64,000 bases of DNA from Eledone cirrhosa (Eukaryota), in NCBI GenBank assembly GCA_964016885.1, contig OZ024742.1, positions 28,334,001-28,398,000 on the forward strand, written 5' to 3'. The position numbers and the translations under genes were made by a program. The notes beneath the pieces are model-generated. The model ran no database searches. It worked only from the letters and a program-made list of their open reading frames with translations, and had not been told where the DNA came from. Positions 28,148 to 39,566 of the stretch are shown piece by piece (the first letter of the stretch is position 1; each line of letters opens with the position of its first letter).

Positions 28148-28274
28148 CCCACTGATGAATTATAGGAGCCCACTTGAATATATATCTATTGATGGTATAC
28201 AAGCTCCTACATAAATTGGTATAATTTCACCCAAATTGTAGGAGTCCTATAATGAAACGAGACGTCCGTCTGGG
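28148..28274 (+). ncRNA. Type I hammerhead ribozyme with a large stem II insertion
   Basis: ccca/tggg stem I, CTGATGA (28152-58), attatagga/tcctataat stem II, GAAA (28254-57), short stem III around gacgtc, GTC cleavage triplet at 28268-70. Confidence 0.8.
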
Positions 28275-28460
28275 AAGAGATATATTAGATATGTCTCATT
28301 TGAAAAAATACAGCCAATTTTCCACGCAATACTTTTAGTTAGCACTCCGAACACATAATTGGGAATATAATCACTTATTTCCTAATGTTTGTTGAATGAG
28401 TTGGAATTTGGCCGGAGTATCGCTAAAAAGCTTTCTCCGATATTGTATTTATTATATATT

Positions 28461-28493
<33 letters not shown>

Positions 28494-28548
28494 TTATATA
28501 TATATATATATTTATATAAATATTTATATAAATATTTATATATATATA

Positions 28549-28588
<40 letters not shown>

Positions 28589-28590
28589 AA

Positions 28591-28655
<65 letters not shown>

Positions 28656-28897
28656 TTACATATATAAATATATATATATTTATATATATATATTTATATA
28701 TATATATATATATAAATTACAGAGAATCGTATTTCGGCTTTGGAAATTAGCGAAAATCAACTTCTGAGATGTGTGGCAAGCGCTCAATAAATTCTAACGA
28801 ACCAGAGCTACAACATAGGACGGTTAAACCATTATCCGCACAGCCATAGAAACGACCAAGTAATTCGGGACAAACAAATAAAAAAAATATGAATATT

Positions 28898-28930
<33 letters not shown>

Positions 28931-28939
28931 TTATATAAA

Positions 28940-31104
28940 TCATCATCATCATCATCATCATCACCGTTTTACGTCCGTTCTTCCACGCTAGCATGGGTTA
29001 GACGGGTTGTCCTGTTGTGGGCAGTGTCTGGTCGGCTGACCATGCCTTGCTCATACAGGAACTGATCTGGCTTGATTTCTACAGCTGGATGCCCTTCCTA
29101 ACACCAACCTCATTTACAGTGAGTGCTGGGTGCTTTTTCGTGGCGCCTACACGTCCACTTTACAGTGTGGGCTGGGTGCTTTTTTGCCGTGGCACCTCCA
29201 CGACCACCTTGCGGTGGGGGGGGGGGGGGGGCATATTGTTTATATGCTTCAGCATGTACCCATGGGAGGTCGGGTACCCTGTATTACTGCGTGACGCCAG
29301 AAGTCACGGTCGTGTGTCATTGACTTTGAGAGGTGTAGTTGGGTAAGGTCGGCTTTTATCACCTCATCCCAAGTCATCTTGGGTCTCCCCACTCCGCGGT
29401 TTCCATCAACTTCTAGTGCTCTGCACCTTTTTATGCAGCTGTCATCCTTCATACGCATCACATGTCCATACCAGCGTAACCGCCTCTCCTGCACGCAGCA
29501 TTTGATTCCTCTTATGCTCAGTCTCTCTCTCAATTCATTTATGCTTTGTCGTTCACGTATATTACTGTTACACATCCATCGGAGCATGCAGGCTTCGTTT
29601 CTCTCTAATCTACGTAAGTCTTCCACCTTCAGCGCCCAGGTCTCACTACCATGCAACATCGCTGTTCGGATACACGCATCATACAGTCTGCCTTTCATTC
29701 TGAGGGAGAAGCCTTTTGCAGCTAGCAGTGGTAGTAGTTCCCTAAACTTCTTCCATCCCGTTCTTACCCTAGTTATTGTACTTTCTGAGCACCCACCTCC
29801 GTTGCTAATTCGGTCACCTAGGTAGCAGAAGCTGTCTACTGTTTCTACAGGGCCCTCCCAGAGATTGGTGGTACTTGTTTCCTGTGGCTGTTTGCTTGCT
29901 GTTTCAGCACAGCTGCTGCATGTGAATCCTACATTCTTAATTAATCTTCCTGAGATCCCGCTACATCTCTTGTGTACCCATTGTTTGCATTTGGGGCAAA
30001 GAATGGAGTTCCTACCTACACCTTTCCTACATACTGAGCAAGGCCATTTCCCTGATGTTGACTTTGAGGCCCTTTCTCTCTAGTCCCTGCTTCCAGGTTT
30101 GGAATTTATTCTCTAGTTCTACCATAGATTCAGCTATGAGTGCGAGGTCATCAGCATACAGGAGTTCCCATGGGCATCCGGTCTTAAACTCCTCCGTTAT
30201 TGCCTGCAGGACTATGATGAACAGGAGAGGGCTAAGAACAGAGCCCTGGTGGACCCCAACCTGTACGCTAAATTCCTCGCTATACTCATTGCCAATCCTA
30301 ACTTTGCTGACTGCTCCCCTATACATGGCTTGTACCGCTTTCACAAGCCATTCATCTACTCCTAGTTTTCTAAGAGCCCACCAGATTACTGCACGTGGAA
30401 CTCTGTCAAAGGCTTTCTCAAGGTCGACAAATGCCAAGTAGAGTGGCTTACTTTTAGCTAGGTACTTTTCCTGTAATTGCCTCACAAGGAAGAGCGCATC
30501 AGTGGTGCCTTTCCCTGGAACAAACCCAAATTGCATCTCGTCTATATTCACCCGGTCCCTAATCAGCTGTGCTATAACTCTTTCTGTTACTTTCATGACC
30601 TGGTCCATCAACTTTATACCTCTATAGTTTCCTCTATCTAGTGCATCGCCTTTACCTTTGTAGCAGTTGACAATGATGCTACTGCACCAATCTTTTGGTA
30701 TGGCCCCCTCTAGTATTACCTGGTTAACGATACGTGTGGTTATAGTGTGACCTACAGACCCAGATGCCTTCAGCATCTCGGCAGCTATACCCGATGGACC
30801 GGTTGCCTTCCCTATCTTCATATCTCTGATTGCCTTACTTACTACGCTGCCGCTGACTTGTACTGCTGGTCCCTCTATAGGGTCTACGTGGGGTAGGGTC
30901 TCTTCTTCCCATGCATTCTCCTCATTTAGTAATCTATCATAATGACTCTTCCATGCATCTTTCTTCTCAGCACTTGTGAGGGCAAGCTCACCTTTATCAT
31001 TCCGGATACACTTCTCTCCAATGACATCACAACTATCTCTGACACACTGCCTCGCAATCTTGAATACCTCCTGTTTCTGGTCCTCACGTTGTAAAACATG
31101 CTTG
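28940..31104 (-). mobile_element. RTE-A LINE, 5'-truncated, RT plus 3' UTR
   Basis: ORF 30027-30821 has NYRGIKL, QFGFVPG, FVDLEKAFDRV, QGSVLSPLLF and YADD; Cys-rich CSVC/CPKC segment; RLRWYGHVMR; (ATG)n tail; a small internal deletion near 30055. Confidence 0.95.
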
Positions 31105-31200
31105 AATTTATATATATATATTTATATATATATTTATTTATATATTTATATATATATATATATATATATATAAATATATTTATATATATATTTATTTATA

Positions 31201-31248
<48 letters not shown>

Positions 31249-31542
31249 AATATATTTATATATATATTTATTTATATATTTATATATATTTATATACATA
31301 TATAAATATATTTATATATATATAAATATATTTATATATATATTTATTTATATATATTTATATATTTATATATATTTATTTGTATATATTTATATATATA
31401 TAAATATATTTATATTTATTTACATATATTTATATATATACAAATATATTTATATATATATAAATATATTTATATATATATTTATTTATATATATTTATA
31501 TATATATAAATATATTTATATATATATTTATTTATATATATA

Positions 31543-31593
<51 letters not shown>

Positions 31594-31613
31594 ATATTTA
31601 TATATATTAGTGA

Positions 31614-31740
31614 AGGCGTGTGGCTGAGTGGTTAGACACTTTATTTCACGTTGCTCCTTCTCCCTGGAGATGCGACCGATAGATAGTATTAGCAATTGGA
31701 AAGACCAACGGAAACATTGTTCCCTCGGTCCCATTTTATT
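31614..31740 (+). mobile_element. Internally deleted SINE (family C-type head)
   Basis: GGCGTGTGGCTGAGTGGTTAG joined to ACACTTTATTTCACGTTGCTCC; related copy at 50150-50340. Confidence 0.65.
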
Positions 31741-31764
31741 CTTTTACCATCAAAAAATATATAT

Positions 31765-34385
31765 ATTAACGCCAAGTCAAACCACCCTAGAACCACCATA
31801 ACCAAGGCCGTGGTGAAGAATGTCCAGGGGTGAGGCGAACCCTAACGATACAGGCAGAACAGAAACAAATAGGCAACATGAGCCCGACACCACCACACGG
31901 GCGTTGGTGACGAGTACGCTTAACCATGAGATGAAACCCAATATGAGTAGCAGTTTCAGGGGCTATGTTAACCACCCCGGGCCCGACGACCCCAACCGCA
32001 GGACACGTGGGTGGGTGGGGGGTGGGGGGTAACGGGAGACCACTCCACGGTGGATCTCCCAACGCGGGCAACGACCACCCCACAGATTCGGGCCGTGAAG
32101 ATAGCAAAACGCATAGCGCCCAAAGGGGAAGCAACAATGCGGAAACCACCAGCAACCCAACAAATCTGCAACAACTCACGACGCCCCCAACTCACACATA
32201 TAGTAGGAGACACAGAAAAATCCCGTGGTACTACCCACCCTACTAAGCGGCCCTAAAGAACAGCTTGGCCCGATCATTCTTTGGAGCACTTGATAAATGC
32301 TTCCCAAGGGACCATAGATACCACAAGATCTTCAACAGACACACTGTGAAGCAAGTATTCCACCACGAGAAATCTGGCCCAACACATAGCTATACATGGC
32401 AATCCAAGCACTCAGCAGAACCATGTGGAAGGAGAGACGGAAGGACCCAGTGCCCACCCAAGAAACCCAAACAGACCCGGGTACCCCCCCCCCCCCACTA
32501 TGTAACACTTAACGGGAACCCCACTCTAGGCACGCAGAGGTCGACCACCCTCTGCAACTGCAGAAACCCCGAATCATGCCCCCTTGGTAATGAATGCCTT
32601 AAGAAGAACCTAGTATACGGTTGTAGGGTTAAAACCCCCAACTCCGAACACCTCTACATAGGAACCACATCAATGAGCTTTGAAGACCGCTGGTATAACC
32701 ATCGCCATTCCTTCAATAAGGAGGCCAAAAGGATAAGTACGGCTCTCTCCGACGTGATCTGGAAGCTTAAGCTGGACAGGACCCCGTACTCTCTAGTCTG
32801 TTGTCTGGTCCATAATCAGGAAAGTACTACCCGATAAAGGGGGATCTGGCATATGCAAACTATGTCTGAACGAGACCCTCGAGATACTAAGAGGTGGAAG
32901 CGGCCTGATAAACCTCAGAACCGACTTTTTCGGGACATGCAGACACCTCAGCGCCGGGACCTTCCTCAAGATATATGGACAGTAAGATGTGAACTCCCCT
33001 CAAGCTATAGGGACTTCTCCAGAACATGTAGACACCTCTCGGCCAGACCTCCCTCAAGCTATATGGGCAGTAACAACACCATAGGTTGGGAACTCCCCTC
33101 AAGCCATAGGGACCAACCCAGACTGAGCAGACACCATGATAGCCTAGAGATTGATTCTGACACAGCCTTTATAATTTGGCCAACATCTTTATAACACAAA
33201 CACATTTTACTTTACTTGATTTTTCATTTTTGATTTCTCATTTTTCATTTGTTTTCTGTTTTCTTCACTTTATCACCTTATATTTATATTTAAGTTGAGA
33301 TTGGTTATAACACACACACATTTTATTTGATTATCCTATTTCGTTTTATTCTTTTACCATCTTGTTCCTCCTACCACTTTATCCAACATATTTCTGACCT
33401 TGAGATTGGTTATAGCAGACACACATTTTATCTTATTTTATTTGAATCTTCATTTTTATTTTTCAATTTTCATTTGAATTTTTCATTTTCCATTTTCATT
33501 TATCATTACTTTTTCATTAATTTTTCATTTATTCTCTATTTATTATTTATTTTCTTCATTTTATTGCCTTCTATTTCTTCATATACATGGCAGACCACCC
33601 CCCACCCCTCACCACCACGACCACCACCACCACGGGAGATGGTGGCAGGAGGGATGAAGAAACACACACACAGATACTTCTAAATGTCAGCAGCAGCAAG
33701 ACATAAGCTGACCACAACACCAACAACACTCCCAAAATAAGGGTAGAGGTCAGATGTACTTAACAATAGCAAACACAAACACTACAGGGAACCTCACCCT
33801 AGAAAGAGTTTCTATAGACTATCGACTGAGGAATGCTCTCAAAACTGACCAATGGGAAGAGTGACCTTACAAATCTTTATAACATTGAGATGGGTATAAC
33901 ACACACACACATTTTATTCGATTATTTTATTTTGTTCCTTTACCATCTTATTCCTTCTACCACTTTATCATTTTTTTTAGCTGACTCCAACAACAACACA
34001 GCTACCAACATAAGAATAGAGGTCAGGTGTACCTAACAATAACAAGAACAACCACTACAGATTGGCTTGCCTCAGAGCGAATTTCTATAGACTTTTGACT
34101 GAAGAAGGTTCTAAAACTGACCAATGAGAGGAGACGAGGCCCTTTGACGCTGAAATTCGTTTGTTTAAATTCATATGATTCCAGTTCCTCAGTGAAATAA
34201 CAACCCAACCAGGAACTGGGCATATCAGAGTATTGACAAATTTAAACACCTCAGCAACACGTGTACACGTCTCTACTACACTAATTCGGACTGCCTGAAG
34301 AGGTCACAGCCAAAGATGGCTGTCAGCGAAATATATATAGCAGTAATAAACGAAGCCAAATTTTAAACATTTGACTTATTTATTT
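31765..34385 (+). mobile_element. Penelope-like element (Hydra-clade-like), 5'-truncated: thumb/linker, GIY-YIG, long 3' region
   Basis: Frameshifted RKIPWYYPPY, HKIFNRHTVK, CNCRNPESCPL (CxCx5C), LVY..LYIGTT..RWYNH, and CKLC..CRH; ends with a hammerhead and (TA)n. Clade label is from recalled motifs. Confidence 0.85.
34290..34344 (+). ncRNA. Type I hammerhead ribozyme
   Basis: actgc-CTGAAGA-stem II (acagcca/tggctgt)-GAAA-tatatata-gcagt; paralogue of 22223-22278. Confidence 0.8.
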
Positions 34386-34409
34386 TATTTTATTTTATAT
34401 ATATATATA

Positions 34410-34592
34410 ATTGTTTCTATTTTTGGCACAAAGTCAGCAATTACCCAGTGTATTACTGGTACTTTATTTTATCGACCCCGTAAGGATGAAAGGCAAAGTT
34501 AACCTCGGCGGGATTTGAACTCATAATGGAAAAGGCCGTAAATCTTTGCGTCAAAGCATGGCGTCCGACCCTCTACCGATACTGCCAATCCA
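34410..34592 (-). mobile_element. SINE family A
   Basis: Reverse-complement match to 4559-4746. Confidence 0.85.
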
Positions 34593-34908
34593 CTCATGTA
34601 CATTGACATTGCATATCCATTGGAGCATGCCTGCTTCATTTTTCTCCAGCCATCGCATATCCACCGCAGTTGCTGCCCATGTCACACTACTATGCAGCAT
34701 CACACACCTCACACAGGCATCATATAAACGACCTTTAGGTCATAGGGAGAAACCCTTCGTTTTCAACAGAGGAAGAAGCTCCCTAAACTTCTTCCATCCT
34801 GTCCTTATTCTAGATACTATGGCCGTGGAGAATCCTCCCCCCTTGCTAATCTGATCACCTAGGTATCGGAAGCTTTCAACCATCTCTAGGGATCCTATCT
34901 GCATTTGA
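34592..34908 (-). mobile_element. RTE LINE fragment
   Basis: Minus strand encodes FRYLGDQISKGG..RIRTGWKKFRELLPLL..KGRLYDACV, homologous to the RTE-A C-terminal region. Confidence 0.85.
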
Positions 34909-35036
34909 AATATATATAATTATAGTTTATATATATATATATATATATATTCAGGTTTGAGGTTTACCACTGTATAGAGCTGGTCTATTCCAATGTTGGT
35001 GGTGGTCAGAAATAAATATATATATATATATGTAAA

Positions 35037-35113
<77 letters not shown>

Positions 35114-35672
35114 TTATTTCTGACCACCACCAACATTGGATTCCACACCACCGGACACTTCTCCAGCCATCCACTCCATACCATGGAAAATATCCAGCAT
35201 CCCTTCTCACACTCGATGGAACTACCTCAGGAACTTACCCACAAACATACACTCACATTTTTTTTCGCACCACGCCACCCACAACCACACCACATATAAA
35301 CACAAACACACACATGCGTACCCCCATTTATATACACTCTCAACCTCTGGAATCTAGAACATGGAATCTCGTCCTTCTTCTCACCTACACACACACTCAC
35401 ATACACCTACACACATACACAAACATCACCTTCAGCCTTCCCCGCTTAGACCACCCACCTCCCTCACCCAACTCCACCCGTTGTTTATTTTTATTTGTTC
35501 TCCTTCCCTGTTTTTTCTAAATGTATTTCCACACACCCACGGAACTCTCTTCCTAACCTATTTATCCTGAAGAAACGTTTATGGCCGAAACGTCCCCCCC
35601 CCCACTCTCAAAAGCGTGAATGTAATAAACCTTTATTTGTCTGCCTCTCTGTTTTGTTCCCGTATAGATTTG

Positions 35673-35707
<35 letters not shown>

Positions 35708-35710
<3 letters not shown>

Positions 35711-35887
35711 CGGGTTGAATCGGAGGTAACCACAGTAAGTAAGGTACTCAATACATAGTAGAGTATAAAAGTTTTAATATAGATGAGATTCTACAGAACT
35801 AGAACTGTTTCATTCTTTAGAAATCATCAGGAATCAGATTCCTGATGATTTCTAAAGAACGAAACAGTTCTAGTCCTGAAGAATCTC

Positions 35888-35888
<1 letters not shown>
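35708..35888 (-). mobile_element. PLE pLTR end with fold-back and hammerhead cores
   Basis: Inverted repeat 35784-35888 with CTGATGA-tttctaaagaa-GAAACAGTTCTAG on both arms; homologous to 17580-17761. Confidence 0.65.
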
Positions 35889-35961
<73 letters not shown>

Positions 35962-35976
35962 ATATATATATATATG

Positions 35977-36085
<109 letters not shown>

Positions 36086-36088
36086 ATA

Positions 36089-36137
<49 letters not shown>

Positions 36138-36173
36138 ATATATATATATATATATATTTTATATATATATATA

Positions 36174-36252
<79 letters not shown>

Positions 36253-36286
36253 GTTATTCCGGGTTGAATATATATATATATATATA

Positions 36287-36380
<94 letters not shown>

Positions 36381-36381
<1 letters not shown>

Positions 36382-36802
36382 CGGCGATGAATTAGTTTTG
36401 CGAGGTTTTTTATATGAAATCGTGTGTCGAAACAGATATTGTCATATTTGGGGAGGGTCATATTTGCGCAATATTGCCAGAATTAATAACAGAACACACT
36501 CACTGTTTGGTAGGTTTTCGCTTCTCGCTGTCTTTTATATCTGCGATCTAACTTACTCGGTCCTCAATGTTGCCATTGACTGACCGACGGTCAAAAATAA
36601 TACAGATACAATATAGACACAAACACATATATATAGTTTACATAATTTACATAAATCTTTCGTTGCACATCTGCAACATCGTCAATGGTGTTATATTCAT
36701 TGTTCCTCCTGTTGTGTTGTATGTCTACGCCATTTTTTTTGTTCAGTCTGTCAGACTGAACAAAAAAAATGGCGTAGACATACAACACAACAGGAGGAAC
36801 AA

Positions 36803-36810
<8 letters not shown>
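36381..36810 (-). mobile_element. Naiad-like PLE pLTR fragment ending in a perfect palindrome
   Basis: 36381-36583 is the reverse complement of ~63070-63278; 59-bp perfect arms at 36692-36810. Confidence 0.65.
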
Positions 36811-36836
<26 letters not shown>

Positions 36837-37184
36837 ATATATATATATATATATATATTTTATATATATACTAGCAGTTTAGCCCGGCGTTGCTCGGGTT
36901 TGTTCATTTGCTATGAAAAGTTACATACAGGTAAACGTGGTTTGAAAGCGAATAAGCTTATCAATAAAGTGCATAAAGCAGTTGAACCGGTTATTAAAAG
37001 TTACGAACCAATTAGCATTTTGGTCAATCAATGATGGGTTAATAATCCTCCAATACCGAATTTAGTAGACCAAAGTTGCAAGATGGTGGCCCTGATGCCG
37101 CTGGGTGTCAGATCTGTCCGCCATGGGATACCCTACCAGGAAATAGTGTTCCAGACGGCATAGCTCCAACACCTGCACCAACAT

Positions 37185-39211
37185 CTATAGCACTTCTTTG
37201 TAGACGATATTGAGTGTCATCCCTTGAGGAGAGTAAGCAAAAAGTCCATTCCTGCTCCCTGCACGGGAACAGGCAACATAAAGTTGGCCATGGGAGAAGC
37301 ATGGCTCCTCCAAATGGATGCCCGCCACCGACAATGTTTGCCCTTGTGATTTGTTAATGGACATGGCAAAACATGGTCTCACCGGGAATTGGGATCGTCG
37401 GAAATCGAACGGGATATCTGACGCCGAGGGGAAAAGGTTCATCATTGGAATGAAAACATTCTCCCCTCTTCCGCACCCCGTTACAATGGTGGCCTCAATC
37501 AAGTGCGTGTCAGTGACTTGACGCCCATGCGAGTACCGTTGCACTGCTTTGGTGGACACAAGTTCCTTATTAGCATAATGGGACAGCCAACCCTAAGCTT
37601 AATAATGTGAGTTGGGAGCCCTGGGGGCTCAAGGAGATTTAATAACTCAACCGGATAATTAATGATATCGTCGGGGTCTGATTTGATGTGCTCTTTAACG
37701 GGAATCTTCTCAATCAGCTGCTCGTTAATAAAATTAACCATGGTACTTTTAGGAGCAAGGATGGCTCTTTCGCTGAGCCAATCGAGATTTTTAAAGTTAG
37801 ATGAGACATTAGGAAAAACTGCTTCCCAAAGGTCAGAAGGGCTGCTCACAATGTTGCACAGGGTGTCGATTGCTATGCCGCCCTTGTCATCCGCAGGGAT
37901 CTTGCCCTCACCAAGTGCTAAAATGTTCTGTGCTGCAGACATGTTGTCACCATGCAAATGAGCACGCATATTTGTGCTCAGGTACAAACTATTCACCTGG
38001 ATCCACAACATGGACGACTTAAGACAGGCCCGCACTTCATCAGCTCTTGCCCACTTGGGGATGACAGGCAGCGTTTTCCGAAAATCCCCTGATAGCAGAA
38101 GGGTTACGCCACCCATAGGAGCCGTAGAATCCCTAATGTCTTTCCGGGCCCTGTCCAATGCCTCAAGGGCACCCTTGTGTGCTATTGTGCACTCATCCCA
38201 AACAATGAGGCAACATCTTTTGAGAACCAGAGCTTTGTGTGAACTCTTGCTGGTTGCTGATATTGCATGTTGGTCTCTCAGTATTTACTAAATTCAAAGG
38301 GAGTTTAAAGGTTGAATGTGCTGTCCTGCCTCCCGGCAGCAAAGTAGAAGCGATCCCGGACGATGCAACGGACAACGCAACTTTTTTCTCCTGACGAATC
38401 TTAGCGAGAATCAAATTCGTTAAAAAGTTTTTCCGGTACCCCCAGGAGCGTTTTTTATTGGGGGGATCCGGGTTTTTTTTTTTGACCTTGAGGTATAACC
38501 AGTCAGTAGTTCCTTCAAAGGCTCTGGCGGTTCCGGAAGAGGGGGCAAGGTGACGTTACCGTTTAAGCAGCACATTGCAGGTGGCTCCCCAGCCCACTTT
38601 GTAGCATTGCAGAATTGGCAATTGAAGCGCATCTCGCCTATATTTATGTCAGAGCGCATCGAGTAATTAACGTTTTGCTCATACTTGAAAGCCCGTAGGT
38701 GCCAGTAAGGGCTGTTGGGGCTCGTCACACCGTGTGCAGCTTCTCGCCGTCGACTGTTACGCTTGAACGTAGAACATTGGTCGTGTGGTTGGTGGGAAGG
38801 TCTGGCAGCAATAGCAGAAGCAACATTTGCAATGCTAATGGACCGCCCGTCTGCATCTTCAGAAGCCATGGAAGTAGTCATAGCCGCAGCGTCCGTAGGA
38901 AGGCGAGCCGTCCGTTGTTTTAAACGTTCCAAAGGCCTGGAAGCAGCATTAGTCGCAGCGTTTCTAGCCAGGCGCTTCGACCTTTGTTCACGGCTCTCTG
39001 AAGCCCTGGAAGAAGCCTGGTATGAAGCCATTTTGGCTAGGCGTGCGGTGCGCTGTTGGAAACTTTCAGCGGCTCGACATTCTGCTGAACGTAAGGCTGT
39101 CTGTGAAAGTCTTGAAGCATTTTCCTCAGAGGACTCGTTTGCTATAGTAGCCTTTTGCGCCACTGCTGACGCGGTATGTCGACTGAGGCGACTTCTCTTT
39201 TTAGGTGGCAT
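37185..39211 (-). pseudogene. Helitron RepHel pseudogene: N-terminus/Zn motif fused to PIF1-like helicase
   Basis: MPPKKRSRL..CQFCNATKWAGEPPAMCCLNG, then APGGTGKTF, ASSGIASTLLPGGRTAHS, GDFRKTLPV, CNGTR, QFPVRPCFAMSINKSQGQTL and HGQLYVACSR; several frameshifts. Confidence 0.92.
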
Positions 39212-39566
39212 TTTATGTCCAAAAGAAAGGGTGAAAGTTACTTCTACAGAAAAATTGACTTTGAAAGTCTACTGTCTGTTTATGAATATTGTTATTGTTG
39301 TTGTGATACAAATGTTAGTAAGTAAATGGGTATCGAAAAATAAAGGGTGAAAGTTACTTCAACATAAAAATTGACTTTGAAAGTATAAGGCTGATAATTG
39401 AATGTAAAAAGATTGATAAGAAAGCCCCCCCCCCAAAAAAAATGTACAGGTATTTGTATGTATGTGTCTATTTTTATGTGTGTGTAAATTAAGTGACAGG
39501 TATTTGTATGTATGTATGTATGTATGTATGTATGTATGTATGTATGTATGTATTTATGTATGTATG

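Noticed and set aside
37185-38414. Host PIF1 helicase gene
   Set aside because: Intronless, frameshifted and enclosed by Helitron termini.
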